From the NCBI GenBank assembly GCA_963817525.1, contig CAWFOU010000001.1:864001-928000 (forward strand): a stretch of 64,000 bases of DNA, in the 5' to 3' direction. The stretch is from an uncultured archaeon (lineage in GTDB: Archaea > Thermoproteota > Nitrososphaeria > Nitrososphaerales > Gagatemarchaeaceae). The number at the start of each line of letters is the position of its first letter. Within the stretch, counting starts at the first letter, position 1. The notes beneath the pieces were generated by a model. That model was not told where the DNA came from. It made no database searches and saw only the letters and a program-made list of their open reading frames with translations. A program made the translations under genes and the position numbers. Shown one piece after another: positions 52,305 to 61,560 of the stretch.

Positions 52305-55300
52305 CTAACTGATAGTCACCGAGGCAGTGCTTGTGGTTGAGATAGCGGTTCCGCTACTCGATGTTACGAAGATGGTCACGCTGTATGTGCCTGGAGGTAG
52401 ACCGAAGAGCGCGTTGAACGCGGTCACTGATCCGCCGGCTGGCGCAGAGATTGTTGCCGTGGAGATGTCGACTGTCTGTCCGAGTGCGTTGTGCACTACG
52501 GCGTAGACGAAGCCGGTGATGGGTGCATTGGAGTGGTTGGTGAACGTCGTGGTGACGCCGTTGTAGACTCCTTGAGTCGACTGAGTTGGTGAGCCGGTCG
52601 CCGACACGCACGAGGTGCTGTTGCACGACGTTGACGAGACGGAGCCGACTGTTACGCTGAGTGGTGTGTTGAGGATCGCAGTGCCCACTGGGGCGCCTGC
52701 AGGCGTGGTTGTTCCTTGCTTGCTGACGACGAGTTGGACTACTGTCGGTCCTGATGCTGCGCCCGCGGGCACATCGAATGTCGCACTGCCTGCTCCGACG
52801 CTGTTAGGTGCGATTACACCCACAGTCGTGCCGGTGTAGGAGGTGCTCACGAATGCGCTCTGGACGTAGTTGAAGACGATGTCGTACACTGCGGACGGAT
52901 TGAGTGCGTGCGCCGTGAGGATGACTGCATGGCCTATTGGTGCACTTGACATGTTCAGATTGGCGCTTGAGGCCAACACGAACTCTGCATATGCATCTTC
53001 AGCGCCAGTCACTCCATAGTGCGCTGTGGTCTGGACTGAGAAGTACTCTACGGTACCCGTCTCAGTTGTTGTGGGCGTGTCCGCTAGCGTGATTGATACC
53101 CCGCTGGGGACGGCTCCTGTTGAGGTTGCTGTAAAGGTCGCGAGTGCTGGCGCACTGGTCAGAACTGTCCCTGCCACGCTTGTTCCCAAGGCGACAACGT
53201 AAGATCCGCCGGACGCGAGACCAGTACCTGTCAGGGTCTCTGCTGCACCGACGGCCGCCACGCTTGGAGAAGCCGAGAGTAGGGCTATGTTGCTGAAGAG
53301 TAGGTCGCCATAGGCAGATGTGTACAGGCCGTCGGGGAAGTTCGCTGGCCCGACGTCGTCACCTGGCACTAGTTGTCCCGCAACCAGGTTTCCAAAGATC
53401 GCACTTGCACCCGACGCCGTTTCGATGTCCAGTATGTGGACTCCGCTCGAGTCGCTGGGTATAGTGACTTGGACTCCTGGGATTGGGACGCCGCCAGTCG
53501 CAGTTGTGGTGAAGGTGCCTAGTATCTGGGAACCGCTGATAGCGTTCCAGACGATGCTGTAGGCTGTGTCGGCAAGGAGCCCGTGGATGCCGTAGCCGTT
53601 ACCTGTCCTGACTACGGTCGTCTGACCTGCTCCGCCTTGGTTGATGCTGAGCGCAGATACGCCTGTCGGAGGTATTCCGCCTATGGAGTTGACTGTCGGC
53701 GCATACGTCACCGCTCCTGCTGCGGTGGCGACTGCTCCGCTGACGCTACCCGTTGCGGTGATGGTCTGGACGCCGCCTGCCAAGTCAGGTACTTGGGCAG
53801 CCGCCGTGTAGACCTCGCCGTTGGTGGCTACGCTTGTGCTGCCAGTCAGCGCCGTGCCTCCAATCGCTAGGGTAACGGAGTCGGTTGCTCCGAAGCCGTG
53901 GACGTAAGCGCGGAAGTTGGTGACGGTGTAGTCAACGGTGCTCGCGGAGAGTCCGCCGGTTGTGGTGTCAATCCAAGGCGTTATGCCGAAGGATGGGCTG
54001 AGGATGTTAGCTGGAGGCGATGCCTCTGTCACTGTGAGAGTGTAGGTTTCAGCTGTGGTCGGCGTGGCGGTCAAAGACCAGGGTGTCTCTCCCAACGCTT
54101 GGGTTGAGAAGAACGCTCCGCTTGCTGTGGCGCTACCTGGTACAAGGATTGCCGTCAATACCGCTCCTGCTGATGGAGTTATGGTTATGGGGCTGCCCGG
54201 AACGAATCCGTAGCCGAAGACTCCAATGGTGTTCTGGCGTGGTGCGGTGCTAGTTGTGGATGGCGTTTGGACTGCACCGGGCTTGTAGCTCGATGCGTCG
54301 GTTGTCGCGACTCCGGTGCTTGTGCCGCTGCCCACGATCGATGAGATCAGGACACCGCCCCAAGCAGTCGGAGAGAGTTTGATGTTCCCATTCGCATAGT
54401 TGAATGTAGTCCCGTCGATGACTACACTAACGGGCCCGAAGGGCACGTTAGTTGTCGGGGACACAACTAGGAATGTTCCGGCTCCGCCGAAGGATCCCGA
54501 CGTCCCCACGGTGACTGCTGCGTGGTTGGTCGATACACCGCCTATCGTGATGCTGCTTGCTGCAATCGTTCCTGCAGGCAAGCCGTGTGCCTCAACGAGT
54601 ATGGAGGTGGGTGCGGACCCGACGAAGCTGAAGGTTGTCCCTCCCGCTTGCGAGTTATAGAACGCCGCCCATGGGTTGATCGTGTACGTCGTCGTCGCGG
54701 TCAAGCCCGAGGTAGCACCCGTTGCTGTGATCGAATGTGCCCCGCCGGTCGCGTCTGCGACTGCGGTCGATTCAGTGACAGCGCACGAGCCGTAACCAGT
54801 TCCGGTCACGGTACTCACGCTCGCTCCTGTCGTGCAGGTTGTCGAAGCCGACGCCCACACGGCCGTGGCGATGGATACGGACTCACCAGAGCCGAAGCCC
54901 AAGACCGTTATCGTTGGGCTGATCGATTCCTGTGGGTAGCCGTAGTTGGTTGGGTAGGTTATCGAGATGCTGGGTGTTACGGTGATTGTTGCAGTACCAG
55001 TTACTGTGCCAGTTGCGACGGCGATGGTCTGAGCGCCACCTGGCATGTTCGGCACCAGAACTTCGACTTGGAAGTTTCCGGACGCCGTCGTTGTCAGAAG
55101 CCCGCCGACGACAAGGCTGTCGACCTCGGGTGTGGTGGTGCTGACGCCAGTAGCGCCGGTCAACCAGGGAACTGTAGTGGTTCCGACTGTTGTGGTGATT
55201 GATACGGTTGCCGACGGGCTGAAACCGGTGCCAGTTATGACAACGATTGAGCCGGGGGTACCCGATGTCGTGGCGGTTAGTTTGCCGCTTGATATTGTTG

Positions 55301-55439
55301 ACAGGGATACCGTTGGTGTCGCTGCGTGCACCGGCGAAGCCGGGAGCAGAAATACCATTCCTGCTATTCCAGCAAGGAATAGCAGCCCTATCGTTCCTAA
55401 AGAAGCTAGTCTGTTGTTTGGTGTTATATGCGTTTGCAT
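52305..55439 (-). CDS. SlaA-like major S-layer protein (about 1044 aa)
   Basis: Signal peptide, T/S/G/A-rich beta modules, C-terminal domain VYAVVHNALGQTV...LPPGTYSVTIFV; distinct codon usage; directly upstream of the slaB-like gene. Confidence 0.78.
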   Translation of the reverse strand: MQTHITPNNRLASLGTIGLLFLAGIAGMVFLLPASPVHAATPTVSLSTISSGKLTATTSGTPGSIVVITGTGFSPSATVSITTTVGTTTVPWLTGATGVSTTTPEVDSLVVGGLLTTTASGNFQVEVLVPNMPGGAQTIAVATGTVTGTATITVTPSISITYPTNYGYPQESISPTITVLGFGSGESVSIATAVWASASTTCTTGASVSTVTGTGYGSCAVTESTAVADATGGAHSITATGATSGLTATTTYTINPWAAFYNSQAGGTTFSFVGSAPTSILVEAHGLPAGTIAASSITIGGVSTNHAAVTVGTSGSFGGAGTFLVVSPTTNVPFGPVSVVIDGTTFNYANGNIKLSPTAWGGVLISSIVGSGTSTGVATTDASSYKPGAVQTPSTTSTAPRQNTIGVFGYGFVPGSPITITPSAGAVLTAILVPGSATASGAFFSTQALGETPWSLTATPTTAETYTLTVTEASPPANILSPSFGITPWIDTTTGGLSASTVDYTVTNFRAYVHGFGATDSVTLAIGGTALTGSTSVATNGEVYTAAAQVPDLAGGVQTITATGSVSGAVATAAGAVTYAPTVNSIGGIPPTGVSALSINQGGAGQTTVVRTGNGYGIHGLLADTAYSIVWNAISGSQILGTFTTTATGGVPIPGVQVTIPSDSSGVHILDIETASGASAIFGNLVAGQLVPGDDVGPANFPDGLYTSAYGDLLFSNIALLSASPSVAAVGAAETLTGTGLASGGSYVVALGTSVAGTVLTSAPALATFTATSTGAVPSGVSITLADTPTTTETGTVEYFSVQTTAHYGVTGAEDAYAEFVLASSANLNMSSAPIGHAVILTAHALNPSAVYDIVFNYVQSAFVSTSYTGTTVGVIAPNSVGAGSATFDVPAGAASGPTVVQLVVSKQGTTTPAGAPVGTAILNTPLSVTVGSVSSTSCNSTSCVSATGSPTQSTQGVYNGVTTTFTNHSNAPITGFVYAVVHNALGQTVDISTATISAPAGGSVTAFNALFGLPPGTYSVTIFVTSSSGTAISTTSTASVTIS

Positions 55440-55473
55440 ATTATTCACTATTTTCGTAACTGCCAGGTTCCAA

Positions 55474-55490
55474 ATTATAATATATAAGCA
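55474..55490 (-). promoter_or_regulatory. TATA-box promoter of the S-layer operon
   Basis: Minus strand TGCTTATATATTATAAT, 35-50 nt upstream of the slaA ATG. Confidence 0.65.
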
Positions 55491-55665
55491 TAGTGGATGA
55501 TTCGTCTACTGGGAGGCAGAAGCGCGCTCTGATTCCCGAAAGAGAGCTTCGAACGGGCTTGTTCTAGAAATAGGGACTGCTTTCCGGCTATTCCAAACAC
55601 AGGTTCAAAATCAGGGTCCAGAATCCAGATTCAGGCTCTAGTTTTGCTTTTTCCCGCACAGCCTA

Positions 55666-57471
55666 TCAGCCCTTGAGCTGGAAGATGACCACGCCGGACT
55701 GGTTGTAGACCAGCTGGAAGCTGGTGTCGCTTGGGTAGATGTTGAACGGGTCAGACGTGGCGTTCGGCAAAGCGACGGTCCCATAGGTGGTCAAGACCAC
55801 GTAGGTCGGCGCGGTGGTGCCGTTGCTGGCCGAGGTGATGTCGACGGGCGTGGCCAGGGGGGCGTACCCAGACTCTCTCCCGTAGACGAGCAGGTAGTAG
55901 TTGAAGTTCGAGTTGGTTATCGAGGCCACCTGGCTGTCTGCCGGCGTGTTGGCGTCCATCCACTCCATCGCCTTGAGGATGCCGTGCTGGGTCTGGTTGC
56001 TTATCCCCCCGTCAGTGGCGGCGTCTCCGACGAGCTGCCAGCTCCACGAGTCGACGAAGAGCATGAGGAACACCACGACCAAGACCCCCAGCCTCCAGCG
56101 CCTTTCTTCGCGCCTCCCGACCACCTTGTTCCTCTGCCTGAGCCTCCGGTCGACGGTCTCGGGGATGAGGAAGTCGAACCCTAGGGCGGCGAGGATCAGG
56201 AGCGGGACGAGCGCCATATAGGAGAAGCGCCAGGCGGTCTCCGTGAACGGGGCGACGGCGAGTATAGCGACGAGCCAGACGACTACCATCCACACCGCAG
56301 GGTTCTTCAGCCGGACGGCGACGTATACCCCGAGCGCCGCGAGCGCGATGGTGACGATGGCACCCAAGTCGTCAGCGACTTCGACGACGATGTACCTGAG
56401 CACGGGCCACCCCGCGAGATACTTTGAGATTGTGGTGTCCACAGGGACGTTTCCCCCGCCCGGCGCCGTGACGAACTGGATGAGGAGCGTCACGAGGTCG
56501 GGCCTAAGCGCGGCGGCTATGACCCCGGGGACGACGAGCACCGCGGCGACGGCGATGGCGGGGATGCTCACCTTCCTCTTGATGACAAAGACCGCGATGG
56601 GCAGGGCGACCAGCGCGGGTATCACAGTGACGTAGGAGTAGTGCGAAAAGTACCCGCTGCCCACCGCGAGGATTAGCGCGAGCCACAGTCCAGGGTTGCG
56701 CGGCTGCTTCAGCACTGCGGGGACGACCGCGAAGAGTAGCAGGATCGAGAGTATCCCGTAGAAGTTCGCGTAGAGGCCCGAGTCGAAGACGCTCCCGAAC
56801 CATATGAAACCGGTGGCGACGTAGAGGAGCGACCCGACGAGCCCCGCGCGCTTCGAGCTGGTAAGCGAGGCGACAGAGACGAACACGAGGAGTGGCGACA
56901 AGGCGGCGAGTATCGCCATCGCGTATTGCGTGGCCACGAGGACTATGTCGCCCGACAGCGCCACGAGAGAGCCCATCAGGAGGTGGACGCCGTAGTAGAG
57001 TATACCGCCAGGAAACACGGTGGTCTCTCCCGACTGGAGGGCGCCAGTGATCATAACATGCTGGGAAAAGTCTACGCTGGAGAACTGGGGGAATATCGGG
57101 TACTTGTAAAAGTGCGCGACGACGAGCAGCGCCTGCGCGAGAACCAGGCCCAGCACGTAGAGGTCGAGGCGCTCGGGCTTGACCCAGAGGGTGAACCTGC
57201 GCCGGAGCAAGATGGGCGCGGCGAGGGCGACCAGCGAGGCGGCGAGCATGATCTCCAGCGTCTCGGGGCCTATCCCCACCATCAGCTTCCCTCCGATGTT
57301 GATCCCGCTCGTCCTTGCCACGAGGACCAGGACGTCCACGGCCATGCTCAGCCCGAAGGCGAGCCCAAGCCGCTCGGCGAAGGAGAACTCGCCGCCCAGC
57401 TCGAAGATCTCCATGAAGGCCATCCCCGGGAGGAAGAGGAGGGCCATGAACTCCACGTACCCCAAGAGCAA
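55666..57471 (-). CDS. polytopic membrane protein, probable GT-C/oligosaccharyltransferase-like
   Basis: About 13 TM, VDFSQH loop, YYGVH, HYS, WRF, AMEWMDANTP soluble tail; TTTATA 26-31 nt upstream of the TTG start. Confidence 0.55.
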   Translation of the reverse strand: MLLGYVEFMALLFLPGMAFMEIFELGGEFSFAERLGLAFGLSMAVDVLVLVARTSGINIGGKLMVGIGPETLEIMLAASLVALAAPILLRRRFTLWVKPERLDLYVLGLVLAQALLVVAHFYKYPIFPQFSSVDFSQHVMITGALQSGETTVFPGGILYYGVHLLMGSLVALSGDIVLVATQYAMAILAALSPLLVFVSVASLTSSKRAGLVGSLLYVATGFIWFGSVFDSGLYANFYGILSILLLFAVVPAVLKQPRNPGLWLALILAVGSGYFSHYSYVTVIPALVALPIAVFVIKRKVSIPAIAVAAVLVVPGVIAAALRPDLVTLLIQFVTAPGGGNVPVDTTISKYLAGWPVLRYIVVEVADDLGAIVTIALAALGVYVAVRLKNPAVWMVVVWLVAILAVAPFTETAWRFSYMALVPLLILAALGFDFLIPETVDRRLRQRNKVVGRREERRWRLGVLVVVFLMLFVDSWSWQLVGDAATDGGISNQTQHGILKAMEWMDANTPADSQVASITNSNFNYYLLVYGRESGYAPLATPVDITSASNGTTAPTYVVLTTYGTVALPNATSDPFNIYPSDTSFQLVYNQSGVVIFQLKG

Positions 57472-57593
57472 GATGAGGGAGCCTGCGCGGGGCGGCTATA
57501 AATCCGAAAGGGCGCCGGGCTCCAGCCACTTTCCCAGCTGCGAGAAGAGGCGTCTATGTGGAGTTTAAATATTGATTACGTAATGAAGAATGC

Positions 57594-57920
57594 ATGGTAA
57601 ACGTAACCGTCTCGCTCCCGGAGGATGTGGTGAGGCGGCTCAGGAGGACTGTCAAGGATCGCTACGGGGGACGGAAGGGCGCGCTCTCAGGCCTTGTAAG
57701 AGAGGCCCTGGAGGAGCGCATCGGATCTCTTGAGACTTCCACCCCGGCATCTCGATTCAAGGCGCTCGACGGAGGGCGCGAAGTCGCAGAGGGCGCGAGC
57801 CTAGACGAGCTGGCCTCCAAGCTCAGGGAGGGTGGGGTGGACCCCCGGACGGTCAGGATAGTCTCCACGACGCCCGTGAGACAGACCGTCAGGGCGGGGC
57901 TGAGAGGGAAGAGGACGTGA
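57594..57920 (+). CDS. RHH/CopG-domain protein (antitoxin-like)
   Basis: NVTVSLPEDVVRRLR...LSGLVREAL RHH plus C-terminal VAEGASLDEL segment. Confidence 0.75.
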   Translation: MVNVTVSLPEDVVRRLRRTVKDRYGGRKGALSGLVREALEERIGSLETSTPASRFKALDGGREVAEGASLDELASKLREGGVDPRTVRIVSTTPVRQTVRAGLRGKRT

Positions 57921-58309
57921 GCGCGCTGCTTGGTCTCACGCCAACGCTGAGGATCGTCCTGCGGAACCCCCTGCTTGGGAAGAGGTACCCCGTGGAGGGC
58001 GAGGCCCTGGCCGTGGTCGACACCGGATACGAAGGGTTCGTGGCACTCCCCGAGGAAGTTTTCGCCTCTCTTTCTTTAGACCAATTGCAGCTAGAGAAGA
58101 GAAGGCTCGTCCTCGCCAACGGAAGCGTCCTGAACTCCAAGGGAGCTTACGGGGCGTTCAGCGCGCTCGGCGCCGGGCTCCACGCCGAAGGCTTCGTCGA
58201 GACCTACGACGGTCTCCAGGAGGTCCTCCTCGGTGTAGAGGCGCTCTCTCGCGCCAGAGTGCTCCTCGACTATTGCAACAGGAGGATGACTGCGGAGCCT
58301 TGTTCGTAG
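57917..58309 (+). CDS. clan AA (retropepsin-like) aspartic protease
   Basis: VVDTGYEG catalytic motif, LANG flap and LLGVEAL; GTGA-coupled to the RHH gene. Confidence 0.82.
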   Translation: MSALLGLTPTLRIVLRNPLLGKRYPVEGEALAVVDTGYEGFVALPEEVFASLSLDQLQLEKRRLVLANGSVLNSKGAYGAFSALGAGLHAEGFVETYDGLQEVLLGVEALSRARVLLDYCNRRMTAEPCS

Positions 58310-58318
58310 TGCGCCCTC

Positions 58319-59020
58319 CTATCGCGGCGCCACATTGCTGACGAGCGCCGTGTTGCCCGCCGACTTTAGGGTCGTGAACCCGCCCATCTTCAGGAAGGCT
58401 TCTGTGGTCGAAGCGCCGTGAGTCTCGAGTATGCAGGGGAACGACACGTGCGTCGAAAGGAGGGCGCTCTCGCACCCCTCGCAGTCCATCTTCATGAAAT
58501 CGAACTTCTTCTCGAGGAACTTCAGGGAGAAGGGCTCTTCGAACACCTCGGCGTCCCAGCCGTTCTTGGCCGAGTTGTCGCGCAGCCTGGCGGCCCTTTG
58601 TGGGTCGGGCTCCACGCAGAGGAACTTCTTGGCCCCCAGGAGTCTGTAGAGCTCCACGGTCTCCCCCTCGCCCGCCCCCACGTCGAGGACGGTCTTACCG
58701 GTATAGTCGAATCCGCGGGGCGCGTAGAACTTGCTCCACGTCCCCCACTCGTAGAGCATCATGCCCGCGCGGTCCCTGCTCATCATGAGCTTGTCTAGGG
58801 GGGTGGAGACCTGGACTAGGTCGGAGCCCGGGACGCCCTGGAGGCCCCACTTCCAGAACTGGCGGATGACGCTCAGGCCCGAGAAGGGGCTGATGGAGTG
58901 GTCGAGCAGCTTGAGCACGGGGAGGCGCCTCCTCCTTGATATGCCGAACCTCGGGACGATCAAGCTGGGGAAGCGACCTTCCCCACGCGAGCCCGGTCGG
59001 CCATTTAAGTTTGCGAGCAA
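58319..59020 (-). CDS. FkbM-like methyltransferase
   Basis: VLDVGAGEGET, VEP, KMDCEGCE and ILETH motifs; start uncertain (possibly TTG 58963). Confidence 0.75.
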   Translation of the reverse strand: MLANLNGRPGSRGEGRFPSLIVPRFGISRRRRLPVLKLLDHSISPFSGLSVIRQFWKWGLQGVPGSDLVQVSTPLDKLMMSRDRAGMMLYEWGTWSKFYAPRGFDYTGKTVLDVGAGEGETVELYRLLGAKKFLCVEPDPQRAARLRDNSAKNGWDAEVFEEPFSLKFLEKKFDFMKMDCEGCESALLSTHVSFPCILETHGASTTEAFLKMGGFTTLKSAGNTALVSNVAPR

Positions 59021-59158
59021 GGGGGCTCGAATCTACAAGCCACTAGGAAGGCAAAACCGGGCGAAGGCCGGGGAAAGCACGAAGGAACTAGTATACGATT
59101 TCCATTAAGCATAAATATATCATGAAATTATTTTACGGTGAATCACGGTCTTACGAGC

Positions 59159-59635
59159 ATGGGAAGATTAGACGAGATAGACATGAAGATCCTGGGGGCT
59201 CTCCACAGGGACGCCTCGATATCGATACCAAAGCTCAGCCAGGACCTGGGGCTCAACCTCTCGGTGACCTACAGCAGGATAAAGCGCTTGATCAGGAGGG
59301 GGATAATCCAGCGCTACACCCTCGACATCAACGAGTCGAAGCTCGGGCTGCCGGCAGGGGTGGTGGTGGGGCTCAACCTGGACCCGAAGCAGAGGGAGCA
59401 GGCCATCGGGGAACTCATGAAGCTACCCCAGGCAAGGGAGCTGAAGGAGGTCACCGGTAGGTTCGATGCGTTCCTGACCCTGCGTGGGCGCACCATAGAG
59501 GAACTCCACAAGGCGACCTCGGACGTCGTCGGGAGGATCCCTGGCGTGACGCACACGGAGACCTTCGTCGAGGTATCCGAGAGGGAGCCTGAGCTGAGCT
59601 ACAACCTCGCGTCGGCACCTGAGATCCAGGCCTAG
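59159..59635 (+). CDS. Lrp/AsnC-family transcriptional regulator
   Basis: LDEIDMKIL..L..DA, HTH, RIKRL...GII and VTGRFD motifs. Confidence 0.92.
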   Translation: MGRLDEIDMKILGALHRDASISIPKLSQDLGLNLSVTYSRIKRLIRRGIIQRYTLDINESKLGLPAGVVVGLNLDPKQREQAIGELMKLPQARELKEVTGRFDAFLTLRGRTIEELHKATSDVVGRIPGVTHTETFVEVSEREPELSYNLASAPEIQA

Positions 59636-59724
59636 CGACGCCTAGCAACCTCGACCCTGATCTGCGAGACCATCTAAGTGGCTGAGGGGCGGACCTTAAG
59701 AAATCCCCGCCGCGGGGGTGGTCG

Positions 59725-59934
59725 ATGCGAAGGAGAGCCGTTTCGCCGGTCGGAGTGGCCGCGGCATTCTCCGTCGCAGTCGCGCTGGGCATCTGGGCCG
59801 CCATGGGCGAGGCGCGGCTCGGCGGCCAAGGGCCGTGGGCGGCGCGTGGCCTTGTCCTGATAGCCGTGGGGGTCTTCGCCTTGACCACGTTCGCGTGGTC
59901 GAGGCTCCACACCACAAAGGACGAGGCTCTGTAG
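59725..59934 (+). CDS. small two-TM membrane protein
   Basis: Two hydrophobic helices; CTTAAGAAA about 25 nt upstream of the ATG. Confidence 0.5.
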   Translation: MRRRAVSPVGVAAAFSVAVALGIWAAMGEARLGGQGPWAARGLVLIAVGVFALTTFAWSRLHTTKDEAL

Positions 59935-60107
59935 CTAGGAAAGTCGCCTGCCGCGTCCGAGCCGGACGATAAGGCGGCGAAGGTGACCCGTTCGAAAGTC
60001 CGACTGTTGCAATAATTGGGGAGCTGGGCCTGAATTCCGGAGATTCTTCCCGACCTAAGGGTTCGGCAGCAATTCGTAAATATGACCAGCGACCCCAAAC
60101 AGGGGCT

Positions 60108-61493
60108 TTGGCGCTCCCCATTCCGTCCAGGGCAAGAGACGCGAAGACCGCCTCTGTGGTGGTGCTCCTCGTGCTTGGCTTGGCCGCCGTTGCCATCTTA
60201 CCCCTTGCCGGGACTCACGGGCAGAGCCAACCTCAGCCGGCCGTCGTCATCCAGGACCAGGTCCCGCTCACAGTAGACTCGGTAGACCAGAACGGTAGCG
60301 CCATCTCAGGCTACTTCGTCGTGCTTTATGGCGGAAACGGGAGTGAGATATCGACGGGTACCACTCCGGCGGCGTTCTCGGTCAACTCTAACAGCACCTA
60401 CAGCTTCCAGGTGCAGCGATACGGCGCCTGCACCTTCAGCCGTTGGTCGAGCGGGGTCACGGACGACTCCCTTGCCTTTAGCGTCACCACCTACGCCCTG
60501 CACTTGACTGCGATTTATGATTGCGGCGCTGCCGCGCTGCCAAGCGTAGGCCTGGTGCAGCTTGCGGAATCGACCTGCTCGTACGTCTGCGGGAACGGCT
60601 CGGTCGTCGCCAAGTTCCCCTCTGGCGTGACCGCCGGTAACATGCTCGCGCTCACCGTCATCAGCGACGATCTGACACCCCTGAGCGTCTCGGACTCGCT
60701 TGGCACCACGATACAGCTGGGCGCGAGTTCTACCAGCACCGCTTGCGACTCGAACACCAGGACCTGTCAGGCGGACTTGTACTGGGGGATGTTCCCTGCG
60801 TCGGGCAACGACTCGGTGACGGTGAAAGAGGCCGGATCCGACCGCGCGCTCAGGGTGCAAGCTTGGGAGTTCAGCGGGGTCAACGCTATCGGTGGAGGTT
60901 GCAGCCCCGTGAGCTACCCCGCAGGTTCGGTTCTGCTGGCCACTGGCCGGGACGCCTACGGCGCGGGGCCCGGATTCACGTGGGAGGGGTACGCCGCCTC
61001 TGGCTTGGCGGGAAGTGAATATCAGGTGGCCGCGAGCTCCGGGTCGACCGCTTTTCCCTTTTCAACCGGGATAAATAGCGTGGAGGCCGCGGCAATCTTC
61101 ATGCGGGCACCGGCGACCGTCGAGTGCGGCGCCGCCGGAGTGACGACCAATACGAGCACCTCCTCTAGCACAGGCCCAACAGCGGCCTTTCAGCTCTCTG
61201 TCGGGGTCGACAGGTTATCGTACACTGGCAACGAGTCCATGCTCGTGAGCGGGAGCGTCTCCCCACCTCCGAGCTCACCTTCGAACGCGACCATCATCAT
61301 CACCAGCCCTGTCGGCGTAGTGGCGAGCGCTACCATCCAGGTAAGCTCCACGAACGGCTCCTACTCCTACCGCTTCGTCACGGGCGGAACTTCCGGTTGG
61401 GTGTCGGGGACCTACACGGTAACGGCTCTCTGTGTCGCTTTCGGCGAGACCGAGGTCGCGACCGCGACTTTCACCTTCGCCATTCCTGCGTAG
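60108..61493 (+). CDS. secreted multi-domain surface protein with C-terminal SlaB-like Ig domain
   Basis: Signal peptide, Cys-containing beta domains, many N-x-S/T sequons; the last about 100 aa align with the SlaB-like N-terminal domain. Confidence 0.7.
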   Translation: MALPIPSRARDAKTASVVVLLVLGLAAVAILPLAGTHGQSQPQPAVVIQDQVPLTVDSVDQNGSAISGYFVVLYGGNGSEISTGTTPAAFSVNSNSTYSFQVQRYGACTFSRWSSGVTDDSLAFSVTTYALHLTAIYDCGAAALPSVGLVQLAESTCSYVCGNGSVVAKFPSGVTAGNMLALTVISDDLTPLSVSDSLGTTIQLGASSTSTACDSNTRTCQADLYWGMFPASGNDSVTVKEAGSDRALRVQAWEFSGVNAIGGGCSPVSYPAGSVLLATGRDAYGAGPGFTWEGYAASGLAGSEYQVAASSGSTAFPFSTGINSVEAAAIFMRAPATVECGAAGVTTNTSTSSSTGPTAAFQLSVGVDRLSYTGNESMLVSGSVSPPPSSPSNATIIITSPVGVVASATIQVSSTNGSYSYRFVTGGTSGWVSGTYTVTALCVAFGETEVATATFTFAIPA

Positions 61494-61560
61494 CCCTTCG
61501 AGTCGAAGGAACGAGCCCACCGGCATACGTTTTATAGGCTCGGCGGAGAAACGGCGCAAT

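Noticed and set aside
51531-55439. Lower GC and T/A-ending codons of the S-layer genes as a sign of horizontal transfer
   Set aside because: More simply explained by Thr/Ser-rich composition and highly-expressed-gene codon usage.
59935-60107. Intergenic stretch containing GTTCGAA (T-loop-like)
   Set aside because: I could not fold an acceptor stem or cloverleaf; no tRNA called.
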